DNA of 64,000 bases, from assembly GCA_037447605.1 (NCBI GenBank), contig CM074814.1, forward strand, positions 62,001 to 126,000, read 5' to 3'. Below, piece after piece: positions 46,238-61,000 of this stretch. The position numbers were made by a program, and so were the translations under genes. The stretch comes from Zygnema circumcarinatum SAG 698-1b. Its lineage: Eukaryota; Plantae; Zygnematophyceae. Under the pieces are notes generated by a model, which had not been told where the DNA came from, did not search any database, and worked only from the letters and a program-made list of their open reading frames with translations. The stretch's first letter is position 1; every line of letters begins with the position of its first letter.

Positions 46238-49200
46238 ATGGAGGCGGTAGAGAAAGGGGGAGATTTTGAAGAGGTTACTGACACCTTCTCGGAAGCTCCC
46301 GAATTTTTTTCTTGTGACGATCAAGCAGAAGAACGAGGTGAAAACAATAGCAGGTTAACATATTCTGATAAGGAAGGGATAAGGACTGTAGATTCTATAG
46401 AAGAACGAGAGGTACAATTACTTGAAACCGGAGGAGACGTTTTAGGAAACGAACGACTGTCAAGCAATAATGATAATTTCATGACCTTATTGCCAGCTGG
46501 CGATCCTTCAAATAATGGTAATGAAAGAGTATCCCAGGATGTGAAAGTTGCAGATGAAGTCGAAAGTAGCACTAAGCCGGAGAGTTATACCCCTTGCGAT
46601 AATGGCGAGACGCAAACAGGATTGCACCGCCGCTGTTCGTCAGAATCTTCCGAGCAGGTACCTACACTTGCAGAAATTCAAATAGCGATCCGTTCTGAAT
46701 TTCGCCAACAGGAGTGCAGTGTTGCTGACTCTTGGACTACAAATTCAGTGACGACTGAATCGGAGTTTGCGGACTCATACTCGATGAAAAGCAACCTGGA
46801 GACCATGCCGGAATGGAGAAAATTTCGAAAGAACGGCGATGCGCAGGGCCAGCTCTCCGACCACACCAAGAATGGTAAGTTTCCCTATTTTCAGTACGCT
46901 AAAGTGTATTTGTTCGTAAATTTGTAGTTTCTTGTCCTTGGCTGGTCGTGGAATTGTAATGCCGGTAGAGGAGAACAAGTAGTTTACCTCTGAGCAACTA
47001 CTCGTCTATTCACTACTCGCCTATGGCTTTCTGACAGGCTCTGGCAAGGAGTTGTCGCCCTCCATCCTTGATTGGCTAACAAAAAACAAATCGAATCGAG
47101 AATCTCTTATGTCACAACTTGCTACGATGAGGTCAAGAGTATGCGACATAACCTCCCCAATACAAGTAAAGGAGGAGAAACTAGAAGGAGCCCTTGACTT
47201 AACGCAAAAAACGGAGAAGACGAAGCTGGTGGAGGTGAGAAAAACTGAAGCAGTTGCTCACGATACTGTAAAACATAACAAGCTTAATTTAGAAAGCCTT
47301 CGCTATTCAGGCTCGTTGAAGGTGTCTGGAGCTTTAAGGACATCAGAGAATTTTGTATGTAATGCCTACGTTACGCATTTGGAATTCCTTGTTTCACATG
47401 TACTCTGCCTTCAGAAGCAGGCATTGCATTGCTAGCGAGAGCTGCTCCAGCTGCGTTGAGAGGAGTCTGATCTTTGCCGAGTCAAGTGGGCATCAGTTGT
47501 GTTAAAGTGTGAGGATTGCAGGAGAATAATCTGTCCTAATGCGAAAACTTTTGTTGATGTTTCTGGTTTGTAACAGGCGAAGGAGAAAATTAAGAGACTG
47601 GAAAAGCGTGTGAAAGATTCGGATGCAAAGAGATATGCACTACGAAAACTTATGACGGAGCAAGAGACGACTTATAACGAATCTAAGGACCAGCTTGAGG
47701 GGCAGATACAGACTCTGCGTAGTGACATAGAAGAAAAGTCAAGAGTTATTGACACACTGGGTGAGAAATTTAGGTTACTTTGGCATTATGTAGAATGGTG
47801 TACACCTTCCTTACTGCTGTAACTGTGATGTGTCATCTTTGATTTGACAGCTGTCCATTCATTAAGACCCTGTTAGGATTAGCTGTAGAAGGTTCTTGTA
47901 ATCTATTGAGTAAGGTTAAGTCCTGAACGACATTCCATGATTCCATTTTTGTTCGCAAAAGAACGAGACTGCCAGATTAAATGATCACTTGGTGGTGGCT
48001 TCGCTTTTCTATTGACAGGCAAGGTTATCGAAGTTAAAGATGCTGAAATGGAAGCGCTGCAAGAAAAGCATAAAGAGAATCTACATCGACTGCAAGAAGA
48101 CTTCGAGGTTTGTCTTCCTACGGTTCAAACTCATCTGCTGGAGATTTGAAAGGGCAGTTGACATAAACTTCATTATTACTTGTGAGTTAAATACTGCAGT
48201 CACAGGCTTGTGTCCTTCTCTTCGTTATTAACCACCATTGCATCTTAACATTTTAATTGGATAATGCAGGCCTCCGTAAGGCTCCACGAACAAACGGAAT
48301 CTGAACTTTGTGAAAAGCTGTCGAAAATGGAAGGAGAGAAAGCTACGTGGGAAAACTCATTAGCGGTAGCCATAAAGCCACTAGGTAAGCCTGGAAAAAG
48401 ATACTTACTGCTGTCGACGTAACTCAAGAAGTTTCAAGTTTCCATCAAAATGTCTTTTTGCAAGGCGCTGTTGATTTCACTAGGTGTCTTATCCTGTCTA
48501 TAACTGAGTTTCTTCATGTCATTATTCTCTCGTGTTGTTGAATGATAGGATTTGCTGGCAGATTTGAGGATTTGCTTGATGTACTTATGCTCTCCTCGTA
48601 ATGCAAACTTCTAAATTGCTTTAGAGTCTGTACGTATAACGAAGGGAGTTAGACCGAATCTTCTTCCTTAAGGCATAGTGCTAGAAATGATTGGAAATTA
48701 TTTAGTTAAAAAGTTCACGTAAAGAAGATTTGTTGTATATTAGAATGTATGAGTGGTTATGTGGAGTTGAGAACTCAGTCATGCTTTCTGTTATATCTCA
48801 CGAATACTAAGGTACTAGGCTACTCCTGTTGGCGTTTTCATTTCCTAGGTGGTTGGCTTTTGTTGTAACGCTTGCAGAACATGAAAATGCGGACCTGCGT
48901 CGCCGATTCATTGCTGAATCAAATGAACGGCGTGCACTATACAACCAGCTATTGGAGCTGAAAGGTTTGCCACTTCAAAAACTGTTTGTTTTGAACTCTG
49001 GGAGCAAGAACAAAGTTACATAATTGGATGACATGGCTTATATGGGTGTTGTGCAGCAATAGTTCATCTCCAACTTGCGCGAAACTTTTCTGTCTGTTCC
49101 ATATCAGTTGCATGGAAAGCGCTCTATCAATGACTCCCACTCAAACTTTTTTGCAGGGAATATCCGCGTATTCTGTCGGTGTCGTCCGTTGAGTCCTGAA

Positions 49201-52200
49201 GAGCTGGCAGAGGGTGCATCAACCAGTGCGGAGTTTGATGGAGGAATGGAAGGGGAAACAGAAGTAAATATTCGGGCAGGGAATGGCACTAAAAAGGTGT
49301 TCAAATTCGACAGGGCGTTCACACCAGAAGAGGACCAGGGTAAGTTCCATCCGTCAGCAATGAGAGATTGAGGGATTTTTTTGCACTACATCGTTCGTGG
49401 TAACGATAAAGATTGATGGGAATAGTCTGGATTTATTGTCTCTGGTAAACTCCAGTTTAGAGACTTTTCCCAGTATGTGAAAATCCATTTGACAACTCTG
49501 ACGTCAGGTGAACCAATAGCAAGAGATCTCTTTTTCCACAACTTGTTGCAGAAATATTTCTGTCGAAAGCACTCAAACAGAAGAGCTGTCTATTTGGATA
49601 TGTGTACCGTACATAATTTATGCTTTGTTAACCTTATGTTGTCAGCCTTATGAGTCATTTGTGTTGTCAGTTCTGGTCAACCTGATGCGCCTGACATTTG
49701 CCTGTACTATCGCGTACTTCTAGCTGTTTAGATCTTGGTGCTCTGTTGTGAATCGTTGAGCTCTTGTGTAGGTTGGATGACATCAGGTATATTTTGCCAT
49801 TTTAACAGAACTATCCTCTCTTTTTTTCTGGCGCGTGTTTTGCAGCTGCTGTCTTTGCAGACACCTCTGCAATCGTCACGTCGGTATTGGATGGATATAA
49901 CGTCTGTATTTTTGCTTATGGCCAAACCGGTTCTGGAAAAACATTCACCATGGAGGGGCCACCCGACAACCGAGGAGTGAATTATCGTACTTTGAAAGAA
50001 CTTTTTAACATAGCAAAACACCGAGAAGGGCACATGACCTACAGGTATTTGCACAATTTCTGGCATTCGTTACAACTTTTGCAGCTATTGCTCTGACATC
50101 CGTATTTTGAAAATGAATGATGTTGAACATGCAAATTTGAACAGTCAATTTTCAGATTTCCACCATTAATTTGTTCATATAATTTCCATTGAGGGGCGCA
50201 GTATTTCTGTGTCAGTTTTGGAAATTTACAACGAGCAGATACGAGACCTCCTTGTGCCACCTTCCCAGCCTGGACAGGCTTCCAAGAGGTCAGCCAACTA
50301 AACAGGAGTGTCAATGGCAGACGAGAATGAACATGTCAGTGTCAACAGCTATGTTAGAGGCATTGAACATTTCAGGCATTGCAGGTCCATAAGATCCATA
50401 TTGCAATGCAGCTCTTTGAGCTATTTGTATAATTTGGTGATTTGGTGATGTTTCAATACACAAAAAATTGCATGCTTCTGTTGTCTCGCTTGCTCTAACT
50501 CTGTAAGTTCTGGAACGTATTGGTTGAGCTCGAAGTTAGAAGGTGCAACCGCTGCATCTTTCACATGTTTGGGTTTTGTGTGGCTCTCCCTCGCTTGACA
50601 GATTGGAAATAAAGCAAGCAGTGGAGGGAGGCCATCATGTCCCCGGACTGTTAGAGGAGGAAGTCAGCTCGGTGGACGAGGTTTGGGACATACTTCACCG
50701 TGGTTCAAGGAATCGTGCCACGGGATCGACAAGCATGAACAACCTTTCTTCTCGTTCCCATTGGTAACAAGATGTCATCCTTGTTGCCCGTCTTGCATTA
50801 TCTATTCTGAATGAAGTTTGGTCGTTGCTCTATAACCTGGTTGAAATAGCACTGATGAAATAGTACAAGCATAAGAAATCTGTCACTAAGAAAAGACTAT
50901 AGTATTTGATTTGTTTTACGGCCGGTGTAGACATTCTGAGTCCGAAAACCCAGACATCTCAGATTGTCCTTCGAATTAGGGAGAATAATAATCACGAGAA
51001 TATGTAGCCAAACTCAAACAGACACGTATTTAACGGAGGAGCATGAGTCTTCGGACTGTATTGCTAATTGGATATGCAAGCTTTCATGGGTTTGACGCAT
51101 TTCCTCTGCTTTCTTTGCAGCATGGTGTATGTGATGGTGCGAGGAGAAAATGCCATAACTGGTGAATGCACTCGTAGCAAGCTGTGGCTGGTAGACCTTG
51201 CTGGAAGTGAGCGACTGGCCAAAAGTGAAGCTCAAGGAGAACGATTGAAAGAGGCTCAAGCGATTAACAAGTCTTTGTCATCTTTGGGAGATGTATTTTC
51301 AGCTCTCGCTACTAAAGCTGCCCATGTTCCATACAGGTCAGATCGACACTATATAATGAAGTAGTCTACTGCAATTGAATGATTTTTGGTACTTGTTCCG
51401 CAACTTCTCAATTGTCTCACCCTCGTCAGAGTAAGCAAAGGGTCTTTTACAAAGGATCAAAGTGCTTGAACAAAGGCTACACAGTTTCAGTAGAAGTCTT
51501 GAATATGGCATATAGGATAGTGGTGGTCCCCCTCTCATTCATGCTACTCACTCGCTGGGGATGGTGGTAATGCAGGAATTCGAAGCTGACACATTTGCTT
51601 CAGGATTCTCTCGGTAAGCTTGTTCCTGAGAAGTTACATCCCCATGCGCTGTACAGACTTCTTGCTTTATATGCGTAGATGCATTTGTCGATCTTTGACC
51701 TGCTACTCAAAAACTTTTCATTACCCATGTAGATTTCAACTTATGCATTCTGCACTATTTTTTTGCCATGAGGACGAATCATGATGTGAAATAGAAATAT
51801 CTCTTGTTATTGCACTTGGCAGGTGGAGACTCGAAGGTCCTTATGTTTGTACAAGTCAGCCCGAATCCCTCCGATGTCTCAGAGACCCTTTCCTCTCTTG
51901 CATTTGCCACCCGAGTCCGAGGAGTAGAGTTGGGCCCTGCAAGGAAACAAACAGATTTGGGAGAACCGCAGCGGCTGAAGCAATTGGTATGTGCCTTTTT
52001 TACATCACTGTCATGTATTTTGCAATGAAGATCATCTCCTTATTCAGCAAAGCAAAATAATTGCGCTTTTTTTGTTAGGTGCAAGCTTTCACTAACATAA
52101 CTTGTCCATGCCATCGGCTCAACAATAACAGGTCGAAAGGTTGAAAGCTGAGACGAAACAGCATGAAGAAGCTATGAAAATGGCGGAGGAGGCTTCTAAG

Positions 52201-53641
52201 CTAGTGGAAGCGAAGCTGCGGTTCCAGAAGGAAGCAAGTGATGCGAAGGCTGAGCAGGTAATGTTAGGCAGTAGGGAGGCCAATGTAGAAAGGTGATTGT
52301 AGCTCAGTTTTGCTTTACACTAGATTGTTTTATGCTTGACCGTTGTTGTGACTTCTCCAAGACCAAAGGCGAAGTAGAAATGTCCCTTGAGAAGTTGCTT
52401 TTGGACACCTTTCATCCTTGCAGGCGCAGCAGAGCATTAAGCTTTTGGAAGCCCAGCTTTCGCTCGAGAGAGAACGGCGAGCCTCTGCTGAGGGCACTAT
52501 CGCAAAGCTTCAGGAGGTCACAGCCCGAAAAGGAGGTGGCGGCGCTCTAGCGATAACATCTAGTAGCACACGAGTCGACAATGTTGCCACGACTGTGTTG
52601 TTCTCTCAATGGGAGTTTGATCCAGAGAATGCTGAAGGAGCCGACAGAGCAAGCGACGACCAAGATGAACAAAGGAACCTCGAAAGCAATGATTGTACAC
52701 AGGTTGAAGGAAGGCGGCGACTTGAGATGGACTTGTTATGTTCTCTCGATAATGTCTCAGATAAGGTACATGGAGGGACAAGCCATTCGATTGACTCTGG
52801 CAGGGCAGGCACTGAAGTGCAAGACAGCAGTCTGCTCGGAAGTGAAGTGAAACAATCACTGCATAAGGATATCTTCTCAGAGGCTTTTGCTGCTGGGGCA
52901 GCCTCAGTTATGCCCGGTAGCATTTCGAGAAGCCGGCAAAGGGCAAGCCGCTTTGGGGGATCTCAAGTGAAACATAGCAGAAGGGCGAATGGACAGTCAT
53001 TGGGTGGTGCAGCTTTTAGAATGCTGATGCAAGCTCCAAACTCGGTGATTAAACCGACAACCTCCAATCCACTAAGGGGTTCAGTAGGGTCATTGATCTC
53101 TGCGATTGATGATCAGCTTGCCACCCAAAGAAGCAAAGATGAGCTATGGGCATATGGAAATGGTAGGAACACGCCAGCTCGCGGAGCCACCTCGGACATA
53201 TCGGTAAAGGTTTCGGGGGGCTCTGGTGTCTTGACAGCGGAGGTAGATGGGCCTGATCCATCTACTTCTAATCCATCTCTTCTCGCCCTTGCGAAATGGA
53301 AGCCTGGGGGACCGGATATGGCCAGCAAGTCTCTGACTGTTACTGATCGGCCACCGCTGACAGGTCTTAACTACTTGGATAAGTTTGAAGAGTACAAGAA
53401 GCGAAGAGCAGAGAGTCAGCAAGAGTCAATAATGGCTGCAAGCACCGATTCCATTTCTGGGCAAGGTGGTGCTGGAGGACCAAAACGATTTGCTTCCGAA
53501 CGCAGAAAGACTATTCATGCAGCCCGCTTTGTACAGAAGGCCGGAGGGACAGGTGGAGCAATGAGGGTGAAGACGAAAGGGGGAAAGCCTCCCATTCCCA
53601 GCCGGATGGCTGCAGGTGTGAAAGAGCGTGGCTGGCAGTAG
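46238..53641 (+). CDS. Kinesin-14 family motor (KIN-14Q/R/S-like): coiled coil, neck, internal motor domain, C-terminal tail; multi-exon
   Basis: Neck [25 protein letters not shown]; [18 protein letters not shown] (P-loop); [14 protein letters not shown]; NNLSSRSH (switch I); [11 protein letters not shown] (switch II); [31 protein letters not shown]; [16 protein letters not shown]. Long last exon ~52423-53641. A probable 5'UTR exon lies near 45800-45971. Confidence 0.92.
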
Positions 53642-54862
53642 TGATAAGGAGTTGTGTCTTTTTAACCCTGGTCGGGAATGTGTGAATCATGGCGGGGCAG
53701 TGGACAACAGAAAGCAGCACTATCCATGAGGCAAAGCTGGCGTTCGCATTATCAAAACGCTTCCTAGTCCTAGGCATGCCAGCAGGAATTAGTAGACATA
53801 TCAGCAGTAGGGATGTCATAAATGAGCCTCCATCAGCGAGCGTTATTGTATCTACATGTGCACTGGAAGGCTAGTATGAAGGGCAGCAGCATGGTTTTGC
53901 GTAGTTCGGTCTCTTCTGGCAAGCAGATGGCACGGCATCATCAAGTACCGCAACGAAGGTTACCGTTTGCCCAAGCCATTCATTGGTGAACTGTATAGCG
54001 TCGTAGTGAAGTATTGGTCGCACACTTCAAAAAGTAGGCAGTTGATTGTGAACCAATTGTGAAATGACTTGTGCTGTAGCCGTCACGGATCTTACAGGAT
54101 CATTCAGTAGAATGGACGTGGCATGTGCGTGATTCATGTCTGGCATGCATGCAATGCGGTTGCTTTGCTCCCTCTGGACAGGCCAAAAACAGTATTCGTC
54201 GAAAATGATAAGCTTGACCAACGGCAGCTATACCCTGCATTGCCGTACAGCTTCCCTTTTTTTGAGGTTTGTAGAGTTCTGAGGGCATGACAGGGTTGTG
54301 CTAAGTCAGCATATTGCAGGGATGAAGTAGTTGCTCAGCTACTTGGATCTTTGAAAGCTCTCGTACCCAACTCTGCCATCTCCCGTTGCCGTCACACCAC
54401 CCTGTCCATCCTGAACATATTCTTTTTTCAAAAAAGAATGCGCACAGGCAAACAACCGCAAACAACGCAAGCAGCCTTTTGTCATAGAAATTGAAGCTAT
54501 TGTAAGGCGGCTGGTAGGTACACGGCAGAGCATAGAAACACTGGACAGCATCACCATGTGCACAACGTTGACTCGGCATCTGAATCTTCAAACTTTCTGC
54601 TCTCTAGTTGAAATAAAGGTACTGACTTGCTAGCAAGGCATAAGAAGATACTCATGTTGAGCGTAGAAGCCATCACAAAGGTGACCATCAGAGGGTCGGT
54701 TCACAATTTTGTTCCGCTAGTAAGGAAACTACAGTAATGAGGAACTACAAAAGTCTACTTGCTTGTCACTCCATATAGGATAAAAAAATAAAGAAACTGA
54801 CAAAAAAGGGGAAGGAGGAGAGGGGGGGGGGGGGGATGATGGGGATAGGCAAAACATAGCAA

Positions 54863-54864
<2 letters not shown>

Positions 54865-54939
<75 letters not shown>

Positions 54940-54954
54940 GCTCTCTCTCTCTCT
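54865..54954. repeat. (CT)n/(GA)n microsatellite just downstream of the PHD-homeodomain stop codon
   Basis: About 45 CT units with a short interruption, directly visible. Confidence 0.97.
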
Positions 54955-55026
54955 GCATATATGCTGCACCGACCCCACTCTCCTGAGGGAGGCAATCAGT
55001 GAGCGCTACGAATTTCTGCCGCCTTC

Positions 55027-58000
55027 TCAAGCCTCTTCAAACCTCTTTGGAGGCCGTGCCACGCGCTTGCCGGTGTTGGGCCTCGCCAGGGGAGGAAAGC
55101 TCCGAGATGTCACTTTCATGCGATTGACCCGCACACTCCTCAAGCCTCGCACAATGGGACTTGCGCTCGGCTCGTGCCTCTTCGACCTTTCCCTCGTCAC
55201 TATGCTAAAAAATTCCGCACTTTTTGTTTGCTCTTTCTCCCTCCCAGCTTTCATCTTCTCAAGCCGATCCTCAAGCTTCTCATCCAATTCGAATAGAACG
55301 TTCGCATTTGCATCCCTTTCCGTGTCGCCTGCACTTCTATCCTTCCTCTTGCGGTGCTGCCTCACGCCCTTTACAGTTCTTGACATAAAGTTTTCATGAA
55401 GGCAACCAACGCCATTCTCCCCACCATTAAGTCCAACAACTGTCTTCATGCTGCTCTGACTACCACACCTTGTAACCCTTTTTGACTCATCCACATCCTC
55501 CACCGCCAGAGATTCACCACTTGCTTTGACTGTCTGCAGGTCAACAAGCCCACCTTTCTCACCATCTAACGCTGCATTCTTTACATCTGACGAGTTCTGC
55601 CATACATTGTGTTCACATGGAGGCTCCTTAAATCCATTGATACTACGTGTCTCTCTCGCTGCAGCGTTACCCTCGGTCTTCATCGTATTCGGCCTATTTA
55701 ACAGGCTTCCGTTCTCCATCACTACTCCTGCAGGGTCAGCATAGCTCTCCAATTTCACTCGTCTCCGAGGCGTTCCTGGAGACTCCCTGTGTCTCAAATT
55801 CTGTCCTTTATCACCAGAAACAACTTGCTCCCCGATTGCTAAGGAGCTGCTTCTCCACTTCTGGCTAAAGATTCTGGTTTGACTGTTCTGAACGATGGCC
55901 CCGACCATGTGTCTCCCTTCCTCTTTTTCGTCTCTAACAGAAACTCCTTCATTGCTCCATTCTTTCTCCTCCATTATCATCTCTGCCTCCTCGCCCTTTC
56001 TACCTTTATCTCTATTTAGGTGCTCTTTAAGAGCCTCAATGTCAACTTTATCCTTAAGAGAGACATCAAGACACACGCCCTCAGTCTGTTCTGCCGCAAT
56101 CGACGGTGCCATCACCACCTCCATCTCAGTCAGAACAATGCCACATCTCTCCTTCTCACCTTTCCTCCCGTTTTCACAATCCAAGCTAAGTTCCTTAGTA
56201 TCCTTTTTTCCATTAGCCTCACCAGAATCCGTTGTCTCCTCCGCAAATCCCCAGTCCGTACCTCCGTTCCCCTCGACCCTTTGTGCCCTCAGTATGCTGC
56301 TCACAAGTTTTGCGCCGGTCCATCGATCTTCAGCCGTTTGCAGACGGGTTTTTGCATCACTACTTCGCATCTGCCTCTCTGAATCCTGTTCCGTACCGCC
56401 ACCCACTTGAGCATGCTGTGAGGGCTGCGTACAATTACTGTCGGCATCCTTAAGAGTCGTCGTGCTCCTTACCCTGTCTCTATCGTAAACACCCTTTGCA
56501 TAACTTACAAGAGTACTGCAATGAGCTGACTCATCCTTGCACGAGTTTTTTACGCCCATTCTCGTCCACTTAAGATCCCCCATCTTCTCAGCCAGCAACG
56601 CTGCAGTAGCTGGCCCTAATCCTTGCATTAAGTCTTCTTCACTCACTGCCCTAATAACATCAGCTCCCAAGGATGGCATTCGAGCTTCCCTCGAACCTAG
56701 GAAAGGCAGCTCACTCTCCCCCTCTCTAACATTCTTCTTATTCCCCGTATTGACATATTGTAGCTTCTTTCCTTCCTCCTTCCCATCCTGCCCCATTTCT
56801 TTCAGACTTTTAGTCTCCTGATCGATCTCAGCCTCCATTTTACCATTCCCTTCTCCTCCCTCAGCCCCGTCACCTCGCATGCTCCCTGAATTGAGAGGAA
56901 GAGAAGGCAAGTTCAACGCCAGTAAAACAGCTGCTCCGTTGACAGATAAGTCCACCACATCTGTTTGTTCTGTGGGTAGATGAGGTGGGGAATCAGCGGG
57001 GCTCGGTATTCCTTTCGTTTGCAGCTCCTCAGAGGGAGAGTTTTCTCCCTCCAACTCCCATTCAAGCGATGTTCTCTTATTCCGAACTCGAGTAGGACTG
57101 CTTATTCCCGACTTCAGCGACTTGTGACGCACATTCCTGAACCATCTGTCAACCTGCGATGGTCGAAAGGACTCGCATGAGATTTTCAACCACCTTGTTA
57201 CACCAAGACTAAAAACCGAGAAATCTTTGAAATTGAAACACGACCAGCGAAGGTTTTGTCAAGTGGTTGCTTCTGTGGCAACTTAGAAGGTTAGTTAGGC
57301 AATGCATGTGCTGTAGAGGAGCACTTCTAAGGCTAGAATACTACCATCTGCTGTTGCCAGGATATCTCCAATACAGGTTTTAATATTCCAACTAACTGAA
57401 ATGCTTTAAACTGCCAAATTGATAAATGAAAATGAGTGAAAAATCCGGAAACGAAATGTCCATAGACGAAAGATACTTTGAGCCAAGACTCAGTTCAGTT
57501 GCTCACATGCTCAAATGGCAAGAACAGCTTTCTGGCTAAATGCTCCTTGTGAGCCTTGCTTGGGAGTTGGTTCACTGTGAACACCTGCTCAAGGGCCTGA
57601 ACCACCCGCCCTCATGGTAAGCATGAGGGGGGGCTCAACAACTCTATTTTAAAAGTTAAAAATAACTAAAAAAAAAAAATGGTTACAAGATTAATAGCAG
57701 AAGAGCTACTAGACAGTCCGGTCAGTACTATTTCTTCCGCGGGTCTGAGTTTGACTACGACCCATCAACCAAAAGGAAAGCAACCTTTGAAGAGATCATG
57801 TTCTCAAGCCATTGATTTAGATGACTAGCGGCCTTCTCAATGCTTCAGCAACATAATGATAGGAGGAACACCCTTGCATCATCTTGTGACTGATTCAACA
57901 TCACCTGACGCAAGAATGGATTCTCACAAAGCAAAAGAAGACATCACAAGGTTCATTGTCCGTTTTGCATTAATCACCTCCACCGACTTCTTATCCAGTC

Positions 58001-61000
58001 GGGGTCGATACCGACTGCCTCGACTCTGTCCTCCTATGCCCTTTAGCATTTCTCCATCACTGCTAAGTGGAAAGTCTTCGACCGATTCGAGCACACCATT
58101 TTCTGCATCCTTTTCATCATCAATGCCCGCTGCTCCGTCTCTTCTATCTCCTGTTGTATCTCGCACTTGAAGAAACTCTTTTCGATCACCTACGCACTCC
58201 TCCTGCTTTTCGTCCGCACAGTCATCTGTTTTGTCTCCTGCATTGTTCTCAGGTCTCGCATCAACCTCGCTAACAGCCCCCTCTCCTCCCTTCCCTTCAC
58301 AGTTCTCTTCTGCTACAGGCACAGCGGTTACATCCACACCAATCTTTTTTCTCTTCTTTCGTGGGCCCCACTCCGCATCATCCTGGGCTGTGCACTCATC
58401 TCTCTCTCCCACCGTTCCAAAAAGCTCCTGCAATGAGAAAAAAAGCGCAGCACCCACGAATAAGATTGATTCACTTGCTACCATAAACCAGGCAGTCGAA
58501 GTCATTTCCGATAGTGAACGTTTTGCTCTCAACGGACACATCTATTGCGAAAAAAAACATAAGATGCGGTTAACCTCCTCATGCAATTCCAACATTGCAA
58601 TTGAACACAATAAGTTCACCTCCTCAAACAGACGCACACAGAACGAGGATACAGACGGCAATGAAACGAAGCCGAAAATGACCTCACCCAAACCCTCTTT
58701 CGCAAAATATGTGGCAAACTGCTATGGTTAAAAATAGGCTGCCGAGCAAAATTGGAAAATTAATTTGCGTACAGTTCCAGTCAGATGTTTCAACCCAACC
58801 TCTGCAGCCTTTGAAGATAAAATTTCCGTTTCCCAAAAAGTTCGAAACTCAACGTAGGCACAAGGTGTATTTCTTAAGTATCCTGCAGTGAAAGGAGTAT
58901 GGACCCTCCTACCTCATTCAGCTTCTTGTAGTCCACAGCGTTCCTCCTCCTCTTGCCGACGATGATCAACGTTTGCGGATCGTCCTCCTCCTCCTCCTCC
59001 ACCTTTTCGACCCAATCCTCAGGCAGCCCTTCTGCATCCTTGAGAGCATCCCCCCCTTGACTACGCAGAACTCGCCGATGTCTGCTTCGCTCTGTCCTCC
59101 TTCTCTCCCTTTCCTCAATGTCCATGTCTTCCCCATCATCATCCAGAAAGTCGTCCCCACCCTCAACGCTTCCTTCCTTTGCTTCCATCTCGTCTTTCAA
59201 AGACCCACTCATATCTTCCTCATCGCTTTCAGAATCCGTGTCCTCTTCATCCTCGTCCTCATCTTCTTCCCTTGAGCTATCTTCAGCACTCTCCACCCCA
59301 TTCTCTACTCCAGCTGTCCTCTCAGGGCTGTTGCGTTTTGTGGGATCATAGTCTTCATCTTCCGCATCATCCGATGGCCATTCATCATCAAACCCCGAAA
59401 CAGGCAGCCCTCCCTCTTCCGCTTCTTTCACCGCGCCGGCAAACACACTCTGTACACAAAGTTCTATGATGGTTCAATATCACAAAGTGTATCAACACCT
59501 CTAGAGCAGGAGAGATAGCACTACCGCATTATGGAGCATGTAACATGCTGATTTCTATCAATAGGCTTAAAGGCCTACTTCATTGCTCGTGGTGGAAATG
59601 TCAGCTTACCTCCCAAACGAAGGTATCTAAGGAAAGGCCAGCATCTGTATCAGCATTGATGGCATTGATGCAGTCGAGAATGCAGTCGCAAGCTGGGCAC
59701 AACCATCCCTCTTCACCGGGTGGAACTGCAGCAAAAAACAACAACAAAATAAATGTTTCAGTTCAACTTCTTTACATGTAGAAGTTTCTTCTCGTGTTTC
59801 GATGCTCCTCAATGCAAAGAATTGCAACGGGGGTGTAAATGGGATCATATATAAAAGATTGATACTCTTCACCTAACTGACCTAATACACAGAGGGGCGA
59901 TCACCAAGCCTCGGACGGAAAAAATGCTTTTGTTGATGTCACTTACTGTCAGATGTCTTCAAAGGGGGCTCTAAACACTTCTGGTGAAATGCGCGATTGC
60001 AAGTCCCATCACACAAAATGATGTCATTGTCCTTCGTGATTTTTGATGTGTTGCACTTCGCACAGAATATCTGCGTAAAAGAAGGCCATGCCTATTATGT
60101 TGACTACGGCTGCCAGCCCATAGTGTCCATCCATATACAGGGCTGCTATCGCAAACACATGGGTTGCAGCAGCTACCATAGATGCAGGAATAGTTCAACT
60201 CTAACAATTTTTGACACGTTGCAGCTTCCCTCCCCGCGGAAAAGCAGCCCTTTCTCCTGTACCTGTTCATGGTTGATTCGTCCATCTTGATCGAATGCCT
60301 TCATGTCAATGGCCCCTTGCAGGCTGATGTTGTAAAGCTCCTCCAATGAACTGCGGATGGCGAGCTTTGAGCGAATGATTTGTCGTCTTGCTCGCTCGAG
60401 TTCAGAGTCGGGTCGGACTTTCTCTCGGCTGACCCACCACAACAATGAGCCCACATTAGCATTTTTAGCGAGAAAAGAGGAGCCACAGGGAGCTGAAAAA
60501 AAAGAAACAATACTCGTGTTGACCGAAAGCAAAACAGTGATCAAGTATCAAAACATCCCATTAACAGCAAAAGTTGATAGCATTTGTCGCTTAAAACTTG
60601 TTACATTAGTGGTACAAACATCACTCATGGGCGGGAAAGGAAAATGGTGAAAGCCAGGTGGAAAGAGATGTTTGGGCAGAGCTAAATAAAAAGCACGTCA
60701 ACAGCATAACAACTACTTCATATGTGATGCTTTGGCAATTCAATTTGAAGGGGTTATAGGAAAGCTAGTCCAATGCTGAATATTTTCAATAGTTTATGAC
60801 ACCGTCAGTAGGACAACTTCCGACAAACCTGCATCCAGTCTCAATTTCTTAGAGGAGTGCCGCGTATTTGAAAAAATTGAGCACTGACAACTGTTGTTCC
60901 TTTAAGTGTCCAAATCTAGAAGAATATTTCTGGATGTCATCTTGAAATTTTTGTCACGCAGAAAACGAGACACAAAGTCTGTTCCATCCACTCGACTTGC

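Noticed and set aside
54729-55030. ORFs containing (ER)n
   Set aside because: They are products of the (CT)n microsatellite.
55067-57180. Antisense ORFs over the long last exon of the homeodomain gene, and similar ones over other large exons
   Set aside because: They are shadow ORFs opposite real coding exons with no independent motifs.
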